This document shows positions 56,182 to 64,000 of a stretch of 64,000 nucleotides of DNA, one piece after another. The stretch spans positions 48,404 to 112,403 of the IMG/VR virus record IMGVR_UViG_3300037225_000856. One strand, 5' to 3'. The notes under the pieces are model-generated. The model ran no database searches. It had not been told where the DNA came from and saw only the letters and a list, made by a program, of their open reading frames with translations. The position numbers and the translations under genes are program-made. Every line of letters begins with the position of its first letter. Position 1 is the first letter of the stretch. The stretch comes from a virus.

Positions 56182-56793
56182 ATGGAAAAATATATTTGGT
56201 CATTGGACATAAGTACCACTAATATTGGTAGTACGTTAGTTAATATGAAAGGAAAACTTATTGAGTTAAAACATCTTGAATTAAAACTTGGTAAAGACAT
56301 ACCTATTGTAGAAAGATATATTCATAAAAGTGAGATATTTAGAAAGTATGTTGAAGATTTTAAAAAGAGAATATTAAATGAGTTTAATGGAGAAATTACA
56401 GAAATAATTTTAGAAGAACCTTTGGGCGGAAGCAACAATGCTAATACAGTATCATTATTATATTCTTTCAATGGAATATGTTCATATATTTTATATAAAG
56501 CATTCAATATTTATCCTAAAAAAATATCGGTCCACGAGTCACGCAAGCTGTTTTGTCCAGAGCTAGTACACCTTGAAAAGAAAAAAGGTGAAATGGTTGA
56601 AGTATTATCTTTTCCACCAGAATATATTAAAGAAAAAAAATTGTATATTTGGAAAAAAGTTTGTAAATTAGAACCACAGATCAAATGGTTCTTGAAAAAG
56701 GATTCAAATAAACCTAAAGACATGTGTTATGATATGGCTGATTCATATTGTTGCTGTTATAGTGGTATTATTAAATTTAATCTATTGAAATAA
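56182..56793 (+). CDS. RuvC-like Holliday junction resolvase
   Basis: SLDISTTNIG, IILEEP, DMADS acidic RNase-H-fold motifs. Confidence 0.75.
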   Translation: MEKYIWSLDISTTNIGSTLVNMKGKLIELKHLELKLGKDIPIVERYIHKSEIFRKYVEDFKKRILNEFNGEITEIILEEPLGGSNNANTVSLLYSFNGICSYILYKAFNIYPKKISVHESRKLFCPELVHLEKKKGEMVEVLSFPPEYIKEKKLYIWKKVCKLEPQIKWFLKKDSNKPKDMCYDMADSYCCCYSGIIKFNLLK

Positions 56794-56834
56794 TTAAAAA
56801 TAAAAAAATGGTAGGAAATAATGAATATATATTT

Positions 56835-56877
56835 TATATTTGCATAATTATTAATATTAATATTTAAAGTATTTATA
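56835..56877 (+). promoter_or_regulatory. Tandem host-type (-7 TATATTTG) and late (GTATTTATA) promoter elements upstream of tnpB
   Basis: TATATTTG at 56835-56842 (weak -33); GTATTTATA at 56869-56877. Confidence 0.5.
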
Positions 56878-56897
56878 ATTGTATATAGACACAATTA

Positions 56898-58181
56898 ATG
56901 CAAAAAGTCGAAAGTCATATAATTAAACATAATAACCCCTTATTTAAAGAAATTGATAAATTATCTTTTTTATCTAAAAATTTATATAATAAATGTTTAT
57001 ATGAATACCTTGAAGCATTAAAAAATAATGTTTATCACAACGAATCTACTTTACATTATTTATTAAAAAATCATGAGGACTATATTAAATTGCCCCGTAA
57101 AGTTAGTTCTTCAATTATTATTCAAACAATTAAAAATTGGAAATCATATTATAAAGCAGTTAAATCTTATAATAATAACCCTGAAAATTTTAAATTGAAA
57201 CCCAAACAACCCTTCTTTAAACATAAAACAAAGGGAAGAAATGTTCTAATTTATACTAATCAAGCATTTTCAAAAAAAATATTTAATAAGACAGGAAAAA
57301 TAAAATTATCACAATCAAATATTGAAATTAAAACCAAAATAACTGATTTTAAGATTATAAATCAAGTAAGAATTGTACCAAAATATGGTTACTATGTTAT
57401 TGAAATAGTATATACAATACTTGATATTCAGCCGTTAATAAATAACGATACTTATTTAAGTATTGATTTAGGTGTTAATAATTTATGTGCGGTTACATCT
57501 AATGTTATTAATCCGTTTTTAATAAATGGCAAACCCTTAAAATCCATTAATCAATATTATAATAAAAAGAAAAGTGGGTTAAAATCTAAATTATCATATA
57601 AAAAAGATTCTAACAATAACTTTATTATGAATAATTTAGGTAAAAAAATACAAAATAAAACTTCAAAAAGAATCGAAAATTTAAGTTTAAAACGTAAGAA
57701 TAAGATAGATAATTATCTATACAAATCAAGCAAGTTAATAATAAATAAAGCAATAGAACATAATATCAACACTATTATTGTAGGTAAAAATAAGCAACAG
57801 AAACAAAAAATAAATATAGGTAAAACTAATAATCAAAATTTCGTAGATATTCCTTTAAGTAGATTTATAAATATGTTAAATTATAAATGCGAAGAGAAAG
57901 GTCTCAATTTAATCCAACAAGAAGAAAGTTATACATCAAAGGCATCATTCTTGTCAATGGATAAAATTCCAATATATAATAAATCAGGTAATGAGAGCAT
58001 AATATTTAGCGGTTACAGAAAATATCGTGGTTTATATCATGATAAGAGGAGTAATTGTAATATCAATGCTGATATTAATGGTAGTTATAATATATTGAGA
58101 AAAGCAATCCCAAATGTATTTGTTGATGGGATAGAGGGTGTTAGAGTTCATCCCAACATAATTAACATTAAAAAATGTTAA
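56898..58181 (+). CDS. tnpB: IS200/IS605-family TnpB RNA-guided endonuclease (solo, no tnpA)
   Basis: SKNLYN, QVRIVP, SIDLGVNN (RuvC-I), IIVGKN, QEESYTSK, INADINGSYNILRK (RuvC-III). Confidence 0.9.
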   Translation: MQKVESHIIKHNNPLFKEIDKLSFLSKNLYNKCLYEYLEALKNNVYHNESTLHYLLKNHEDYIKLPRKVSSSIIIQTIKNWKSYYKAVKSYNNNPENFKLKPKQPFFKHKTKGRNVLIYTNQAFSKKIFNKTGKIKLSQSNIEIKTKITDFKIINQVRIVPKYGYYVIEIVYTILDIQPLINNDTYLSIDLGVNNLCAVTSNVINPFLINGKPLKSINQYYNKKKSGLKSKLSYKKDSNNNFIMNNLGKKIQNKTSKRIENLSLKRKNKIDNYLYKSSKLIINKAIEHNINTIIVGKNKQQKQKINIGKTNNQNFVDIPLSRFINMLNYKCEEKGLNLIQQEESYTSKASFLSMDKIPIYNKSGNESIIFSGYRKYRGLYHDKRSNCNINADINGSYNILRKAIPNVFVDGIEGVRVHPNIINIKKC

Positions 58182-58200
58182 TTGGTAATGATAAAAGAAA
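58100..58200 (+). ncRNA. Putative omega-RNA scaffold/right end overlapping the tnpB 3' end (boundaries uncertain)
   Basis: Successive hairpins ATCCCA/TGGGAT (58107-58132), GGGTG/CATCC (58136-58153), AATTAACATT/AATGTTAATT (58160-58183); TnpB omega-RNAs are known to overlap the ORF end. Confidence 0.45.
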
Positions 58201-58288
58201 TAATATTGAATATTATTTCGAACTCTTTATGACATTTTTGTTATAAATTTGACGAAAAATATAAATTATATTATTTAAAATACTTAAC

Positions 58289-59743
58289 ATGAGAAAAGAA
58301 CGAATTGAAAAAGCAGTAGAAATTATTAATTATGCAATCCTTGCAGATATATCAGTTAAAGAAGCATCGGTTATATGTGGATATTCTGATACTTATGTAA
58401 AAAACACTAAAGCTCTTGTATACGAACTTTATGACAGGAATCAACTTGGAGACGAACTTTTTGATTTATTTGATGAAGCATATAAACGTTATACTGAAGA
58501 CAGAAATTTTAGTGCAAAAGAAGAAGAATATGTTGTCGAATCGAAAAAACCAGATGGCATTCCAGCATCTACAGGTGGAGAAGACCTTAAATACAGTGAA
58601 AAGGGCAATGAAGCCACTATTGAATGGAAAAGTGGTTCAAACTATCCTGCAGATCATATAAAAACACTTGAAGAATTACTTAAAGCAACTAAAGTAGATA
58701 CCGATCTTTGGAATGTTGCACAATATTGGGAAAATAAATGGGATGTCACCGCAGTTATTCATGATATACCACGCACATTTCAAAATTTTCAAGTTAAAGC
58801 ACGTCTGGAAAAGAAACTCACTGTTGCCAGAGAAAGAGCAATTGGTGAGTTATTTAAAGAAATGATAAAGGATTATAGAGCACCAGTGCTTCAGTTTCTT
58901 CCAAAAATAACAACAGTCAATAAGGAAAAAAATTTTTTGGAAATATCGCTTTTTGATCTACATTTCGGGAAACTTTGTTGGGGGGAAGAGACTGGTGAAG
59001 ATTTTGACATTAAAATAGCACGTCAAAGATTTTTAAATACAATTAAAATATTAATTAAAAGAGCAAGTGGATTTAATTATGAAAGAATATTATTTCCCGT
59101 TGGGAATGATTTTTTTAACAGTGATACAATTTTTAACACAACAACCAAGGGGACTTTGGTAGATGAAGACGTTCGTTGGAAAAAATCGTATTCTTTAGGA
59201 AACAAATTATTGGTTGATTCAATAAATTTATTAAAACAAACAGGTGTGCCCATTGATGTAATTGTAATACCGGGAAATCATGATTTTGAAAAAAGTTATT
59301 ATATGGGGTCATATCTTGAAGCATGGTTCAATAATGACTCACAGGTTAATATTAATAATGGTGCTTCATTAAGAAAATATTACAGATTTGGTAAAGTATT
59401 ACTTGGTTTCACACACGGTAGTGAAGAAAAAGAAAATTCGTTACCATTATTAATGGCAAGTGATGTTGAATCAAAACCAATGTGGAGTGAAACCATTTAT
59501 CATGAATGGCACATTGGACACGAACATAGAAAAAAAGATATGAAATATACCGTTCTTGATAAATCAAAAATGATTGGCGAAGACTTAGGTGTTACGGTAA
59601 GATATCTTTCAAGTTTAACGGGAACCGATGCGTGGCATTTTTCCCACGGATTTGTAGGTGCTATTAAGAGCGGAGATGCGTTTATTTGGAATGATGAAGC
59701 AGGTATGATTGCTCATTTAAACGCAAATTTAATAATAGAATAA
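58289..59743 (+). CDS. Calcineurin-like metallophosphoesterase with N-terminal HTH-like region
   Basis: DLHFG, GNDFF, GNHD, THG, GHEH. Confidence 0.85.
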   Translation: MRKERIEKAVEIINYAILADISVKEASVICGYSDTYVKNTKALVYELYDRNQLGDELFDLFDEAYKRYTEDRNFSAKEEEYVVESKKPDGIPASTGGEDLKYSEKGNEATIEWKSGSNYPADHIKTLEELLKATKVDTDLWNVAQYWENKWDVTAVIHDIPRTFQNFQVKARLEKKLTVARERAIGELFKEMIKDYRAPVLQFLPKITTVNKEKNFLEISLFDLHFGKLCWGEETGEDFDIKIARQRFLNTIKILIKRASGFNYERILFPVGNDFFNSDTIFNTTTKGTLVDEDVRWKKSYSLGNKLLVDSINLLKQTGVPIDVIVIPGNHDFEKSYYMGSYLEAWFNNDSQVNINNGASLRKYYRFGKVLLGFTHGSEEKENSLPLLMASDVESKPMWSETIYHEWHIGHEHRKKDMKYTVLDKSKMIGEDLGVTVRYLSSLTGTDAWHFSHGFVGAIKSGDAFIWNDEAGMIAHLNANLIIE

Positions 59744-59745
59744 AA

Positions 59746-60051
59746 ATGACAAAGTACAATCTTATTAATAAATTTATGTATTGGATATTACGTTGTTATG
59801 AAAAAAGAATGTTTTTTCCATATTATCAATCATTTAATGATAATGATACAAAAATTGATGTTAAGAGTATTTACCTTACTATTTATCCTATTAAAAAGGG
59901 ACATGGAATTATTGATGATTGGACTCCTGAAAAGAATATTAAAAGATTAATTAGTCTATTTCCAAAATGGGATAAAGCATCAACATGTGATGAATACCAA
60001 ATACCAATTATTAGAAAAATTCTCTTGTGGTATTTTAAGGATTTTAATTAA
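59746..60051 (+). CDS. Hypothetical protein
   Basis: ORF in the operon. Confidence 0.5.
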   Translation: MTKYNLINKFMYWILRCYEKRMFFPYYQSFNDNDTKIDVKSIYLTIYPIKKGHGIIDDWTPEKNIKRLISLFPKWDKASTCDEYQIPIIRKILLWYFKDFN

Positions 60052-60076
60052 AATGCAAATTTAATAATAGAATAAT

Positions 60077-60625
60077 ATGGCAACAAAAAAGAACAACTTA
60101 ATGAAATTGGCAAAGGGCAAAAAGGAAACAACCGTAAAAGCACCTGCCGTTAAAAAAGAGGAAGTAAAAGTACCTGAAAAAGTACTTAGTCCAGAAGAAG
60201 AAAGAGACCTTAAAACAAAAGCAAAGGTCGAAGAGTTATTAGACGGTGTAGACATGACGCTAAAAACTGAAGAAAAGAAGGAAGAGATTCTTGAAGTAGA
60301 ACCAGAACCAGATTCAAAAGATGTTAATTGGCTTGAAGAACAAGTATCAAAATTATCTGAAGAAAACGAAAAACTGAAAAGCGAAGCAACACTTGCTAAA
60401 AATGATTATTCGAGAATTTTCGAAGCATTTCAGGAGCAAAAAAATGGTGTTACTTTAACTACCAGTAATTCTGATGGACAATTACAAGCAAAAGTTGTTG
60501 AATTATTTAATGAAATTCAGGCACAATATCTTTCATTAGGAAATAATTTAATTATTTATCCTGCAGCATTTTTAAACAGGTTAATTAAATTTTTTCCGTT
60601 TTTGGATGAACATAGAAGGTTTTAA
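60077..60625 (+). CDS. Coiled-coil hypothetical protein
   Basis: K/E-rich ORF. Confidence 0.6.
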   Translation: MATKKNNLMKLAKGKKETTVKAPAVKKEEVKVPEKVLSPEEERDLKTKAKVEELLDGVDMTLKTEEKKEEILEVEPEPDSKDVNWLEEQVSKLSEENEKLKSEATLAKNDYSRIFEAFQEQKNGVTLTTSNSDGQLQAKVVELFNEIQAQYLSLGNNLIIYPAAFLNRLIKFFPFLDEHRRF

Positions 60626-60640
60626 TTAAAAGAATAACAA

Positions 60641-60678
60641 GAAATTTGCATTAAAGCCTTTGTTTTGATGCAAATTTC
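60641..60678. repeat. Inverted repeat upstream of the sigma factor (operator or hairpin)
   Basis: GAAATTTGCATTAAA...TTTGATGCAAATTTC. Confidence 0.65.
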
Positions 60679-60701
60679 ATATATAAATATTTGTATGATT
60701 T

Positions 60702-61337
60702 ATGATAGAAAAGGATATGGAAGACGTGATTTTAATTCAAAACATTTTGAATGGAAATCATCAGGCAGAGGAAATATTTTTTAAGAAATATCAAAAAATA
60801 GTTACAGATTACATACGAACTAATTTTCCCAAACAAAAACCAGAAGACATTGATGATTATACATCAGAGATATTAATTAAAGTTTTTGAGACATTAAAAT
60901 TAATTGACCCTGAAAAGGGCAGTGTGAAAACATGGGTATTGGTTATTGCAAGACATTTTATAACAGATGTATGGAGAAAAAATTTAACTTCATTTACATC
61001 AGCATTTAATAATTCTGGTATAAGCATCAGTAATAATGATGCTCAAAATTTAAGATTTAATGGAGAACCAACTGCTTGGGTGGTTGATAATGAAGTATCA
61101 AATAGTTGTTCGTTTACTGCTTGTAATAATATGGAATTTGAAAATTGTAATACAGTATCTTATTTATCATCACAAATATCTCCAGTTGATTATAGCTTAT
61201 TAAATATGAAATATATACAAGGATATAGTCATTGTGAAATTGGTAAAGAATTTAATCTTACCAGCAGCACTGTTAGTAATCGAATAAATTATATTAAAAC
61301 CAAACTAAAAAAACAAAACGCAGATATATTAGAATAA
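60702..61337 (+). CDS. ECF-type RNA polymerase sigma factor
   Basis: D..LIQ..L.GN..A...F...Y; EDIDD...EI.IKVF; TWV..IARH...D..RK (region 2); GYSHCEIG...TVSNRI (region 4). Confidence 0.85.
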   Translation: MIEKDMEDVILIQNILNGNHQAEEIFFKKYQKIVTDYIRTNFPKQKPEDIDDYTSEILIKVFETLKLIDPEKGSVKTWVLVIARHFITDVWRKNLTSFTSAFNNSGISISNNDAQNLRFNGEPTAWVVDNEVSNSCSFTACNNMEFENCNTVSYLSSQISPVDYSLLNMKYIQGYSHCEIGKEFNLTSSTVSNRINYIKTKLKKQNADILE

Positions 61338-61366
61338 GACTCTCATTCCGACAATTTTAAAAAACC

Positions 61367-61398
61367 CTTGCTTTTGAAGGTGTATTTTGATATATTTG
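61367..61398 (+). promoter_or_regulatory. Bacteroidota-type promoter (CTTG-N20-TATATTTG)
   Basis: Consensus spacing, upstream of ATG 61414. Confidence 0.7.
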
Positions 61399-61413
61399 TA
61401 AAAATTTTTTGTA

Positions 61414-64000
61414 ATGATTAGAACAATAGCTCAAATTGCTGATATACATATTCGCAAAACGCCTACCCGTAATGAAGAATATCAATTCATATTCGATAAT
61501 TTATTAAAATCATTAAGGCAAACAAAACCTGACAGAATTGTGATTATCGGTGATTTGGTTCATGATTATCTTGATTTACAAGGTGAGCAGTTAATTATGG
61601 CACACGAATTACTTAATGCGTTGAGTGAAATTGCACCAGTACGCATTACCAGAGGTAATCATGACTGCAGAAAGAAAAGTCTTAAGAGAGTCGATTCAGT
61701 AAAGGCAATTGTAAAAACTCTTCATAATCCAAATGTTAAGTATTATGACGAAACAGGATTCGAAGTTGATCAAAATGTTATGTGGGCAGTTTGGCATCAC
61801 GGTGACCCTAAAAATAATCCTTGGAAAACTAAAGTTGGTAAAGAAAATTTAAAGATTAAAGAAGCAGATAATCCTGATGGTACAATAATTGATTTATTTC
61901 ATGACCCTGTTACTGGTTGCAAATCCACCACAGGTTTTGAAATGAAAAGTAAACAATATTATAAACTTTCAGATTTTAAAGGTGACTATTCGTTCTTTGG
62001 TGATATACATAGAATGCAATATCTTGACAAAGCGCATACTAAAGCATATTGTGGGTCTCTTATTGCACAAGATGTAACAGAAGGTGATGATAATTTTCAT
62101 GGTTATTTACTTTGGGATATTGAAAAGAAAACAGTAGATGAAATTCCAATTGAAAGTGAATATTCATTTAAAAATATCCGAATTACACAGTACACAGATT
62201 TTAATGATCTGGATTTTGAAATCCCGAATCCAACAAAATATATGAAGGTCAGATTTGTCTGGGGTACTTTACCACAAACAAGAACTAAAGAAGCTGAAAG
62301 AAAACTGGCTGAATATATTAAAAGTAAATATAATAATGTTATTATTTCGCAGAAAAATGAATTTCTTGAAAATGAAAAAATTGATATAAATGAAAATATT
62401 ACTTTGCAAAATATTACAGATAAGAATGTTCAGCATGAAATATTCAGAGAATACCTTACAAAAATTGGTGCTGATTCACAACTAATTGAAGATATTATTA
62501 TACTTGATGAAGAAATTCTTACGTTAATTGATACCACAGAAGACCAAAGTATTGAATGGAATGTAATTAAGTTTGGTGGTAAGAATTTCATGTCATATGC
62601 TGAATTAGAAATTGATTGGAGAAACATGGATGGTTTATTTCAGATTACTGGAGAAAATACTGCTGGAAAAACAACCATAATGAAACTCATTTCATATATT
62701 CTTTTTGGCAAAACACTGGAAACTGAAAGTCGTAAGTTATATGGTGACTCACGTTTTGTTAATAACAGAAACAATGCCGATTATTGCGAAGGTTATCTTG
62801 TGTTGGAAGCTAATGGCGAATATTATGGCATTAAGAAAAAAACTGAAATTAAAAAATCTAAATCAGGTGATATTATCGGTGCTCCAACTACATTGAATTA
62901 TTATCTGCTTAGTAATCCTGATGAAGAAATGAATGACAATACTTCATTAGAAAAACTTGATGAAGATCGCAGAAAACTCACACAAAAGAAAATAGAAAGC
63001 ATTATAGGCACTTATGATAATTTTATGCGTATTGTTATGACTACATCAGATACATTAAATCGCATATTATCAAATGATATGGCAGTATTTATTGATTCAC
63101 TTTTATTTGATAGTGGATTGGATATTTTTGATAAAAAATTAACTGGATATAAAGTATATGAAAAGAGAGTTAATGAAAAAACAAGAGTATCTTGTGATAT
63201 TGATGGTGTCACTCTTCAAAACCAAGCATTAGGACAGGAAATTGAAACACTTGAAACTGAAATAAAAGAAATTGAAACGATTAAATTACCAGATGTTCAG
63301 GAAAGAATTACTAAAGGCAGAAAGTATGTTGAAGACCTTACCAAGAAATTATTCAAAATAGACCCCGAAATCTACACTCTGGACGTAGATAGTACTAAAG
63401 AGACTATTGGTACTCACAACACTGAGATAACTAAGCTAAACGCACGAAAAGCGGTTATAGAGCAAAGTATCGTTCCATTGAAGGAAACATATGATGCTGA
63501 GAAGTTAAAAACACTTCTTGAAAAGAAAGAAACACATAAAACTACTGAATATAATAAAAAATTAGAAATTAAAACCCATGAACAAACAAAAACAATCGAA
63601 GATCATGCAATTGAAATCATTAACGGTGATATTTTCAGATTAAAAGAAGAGGGTGCTAAATTAAAAAAAGAAATTGTTGCTTTAAAGAATAGTAAAATTT
63701 GTAGTCAGTGCGGACAGGTAATTAATAAGAAAGAACATCAAGATCATATTGCCAATACCGTTAAATTAAAAGAAAATGAAATGTTTCCTCTTGCTGAAAA
63801 GATTAATACAAAAGAACATGTTGATAAAGTGGTACATGAACTTAATATTATTGATGAAGACAAAGCAATAGTTAAAATTAATGAAGAAATTCGTGTTGCT
63901 TCTCTTGAAATGGAGAGTGTTTTAAATGAAATTGGTACACTCACCAATGAAAAAAATGATGTTGAAAAACGTAAAGAACTTCAGACAGAATTAGATCAGA
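61414..64000 (+). CDS. Fused SbcD/Mre11 nuclease - SbcC/Rad50 ATPase (gp47-gp46-like), 3' partial
   Basis: Translated by hand with no stop through the junction: IADIH, GDLVH, GNHD, GDIH, then KNFMSY...GENTAGKTT (Walker A, ~62650), coiled coil and CSQC zinc hook (~63700). Absent from the ORF track because it runs off the window. Confidence 0.9.
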   Translation, partial: MIRTIAQIADIHIRKTPTRNEEYQFIFDNLLKSLRQTKPDRIVIIGDLVHDYLDLQGEQLIMAHELLNALSEIAPVRITRGNHDCRKKSLKRVDSVKAIVKTLHNPNVKYYDETGFEVDQNVMWAVWHHGDPKNNPWKTKVGKENLKIKEADNPDGTIIDLFHDPVTGCKSTTGFEMKSKQYYKLSDFKGDYSFFGDIHRMQYLDKAHTKAYCGSLIAQDVTEGDDNFHGYLLWDIEKKTVDEIPIESEYSFKNIRITQYTDFNDLDFEIPNPTKYMKVRFVWGTLPQTRTKEAERKLAEYIKSKYNNVIISQKNEFLENEKIDINENITLQNITDKNVQHEIFREYLTKIGADSQLIEDIIILDEEILTLIDTTEDQSIEWNVIKFGGKNFMSYAELEIDWRNMDGLFQITGENTAGKTTIMKLISYILFGKTLETESRKLYGDSRFVNNRNNADYCEGYLVLEANGEYYGIKKKTEIKKSKSGDIIGAPTTLNYYLLSNPDEEMNDNTSLEKLDEDRRKLTQKKIESIIGTYDNFMRIVMTTSDTLNRILSNDMAVFIDSLLFDSGLDIFDKKLTGYKVYEKRVNEKTRVSCDIDGVTLQNQALGQEIETLETEIKEIETIKLPDVQERITKGRKYVEDLTKKLFKIDPEIYTLDVDSTKETIGTHNTEITKLNARKAVIEQSIVPLKETYDAEKLKTLLEKKETHKTTEYNKKLEIKTHEQTKTIEDHAIEIINGDIFRLKEEGAKLKKEIVALKNSKICSQCGQVINKKEHQDHIANTVKLKENEMFPLAEKINTKEHVDKVVHELNIIDEDKAIVKINEEIRVASLEMESVLNEIGTLTNEKNDVEKRKELQTELDQ

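Noticed and set aside
870-63947. Minus-strand and alternative-frame ORFs in the track (e.g. 2079-2537, 3479-3856, 4123-4548, 21130-21660, 62705-62896)
   Set aside because: They lie within or largely overlap long, motif-bearing + strand genes and read as shadows of repetitive or biased codons; none has its own promoter or recognisable motif.
1-64000. tRNA/rRNA genes, and a eukaryotic giant-virus or bacterial chromosome origin
   Set aside because: Intergenic gaps are short and AT-rich with no cloverleaf motifs seen. The gp25/gp6-like baseplate genes, sigma factor and bacterial promoters/terminators indicate a tailed bacteriophage.

Overview
AT-rich, gene-dense segment of a large (jumbo-type) contractile-tailed phage genome, with essentially all genes on the + strand. 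The host is most likely Bacteroidota, based on TTG-N19/20-TAnnTTTG promoters, signal peptides followed by Gln and a T9SS C-terminal-domain protein. In order, the window holds: Cys-rich tail-fibre genes; a host-promoter-driven cassette of Sec-exported LamG/beta-helix proteins plus a stand-alone T9SS CTD; a holin-like gene; a BspA-LRR protein; a SNF2 helicase; and a family B DNA polymerase. A ~17 kb late-expressed cluster of multidomain enzymes follows (Nudix, WYL, kinase, CCA-adding + Acb1-like 2H + ART, cysteine hydrolase, ArdC-metallopeptidase, 2H, HAD + ART, ParB). Their domains are separated by [L/I/V/M]-x-E linkers resembling prohead-protease cleavage sites. Then come a glycosyltransferase, baseplate genes, a RuvC-like resolvase, a solo TnpB, a metallophosphoesterase, an ECF sigma factor and a fused Mre11-Rad50 (SbcD-SbcC) gene running off the window. 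Five homing-endonuclease-like genes are interspersed. A GTATTTATW motif precedes about 16 genes and is the putative late promoter. Best candidates for an undescribed system: (1) capsid-packaged, protease-processed counter-defence/RNA-repair polyproteins, and (2) a phage secretion cassette with an apparently split T9SS sorting domain. All domain calls come from motifs read by eye; no searches were run.
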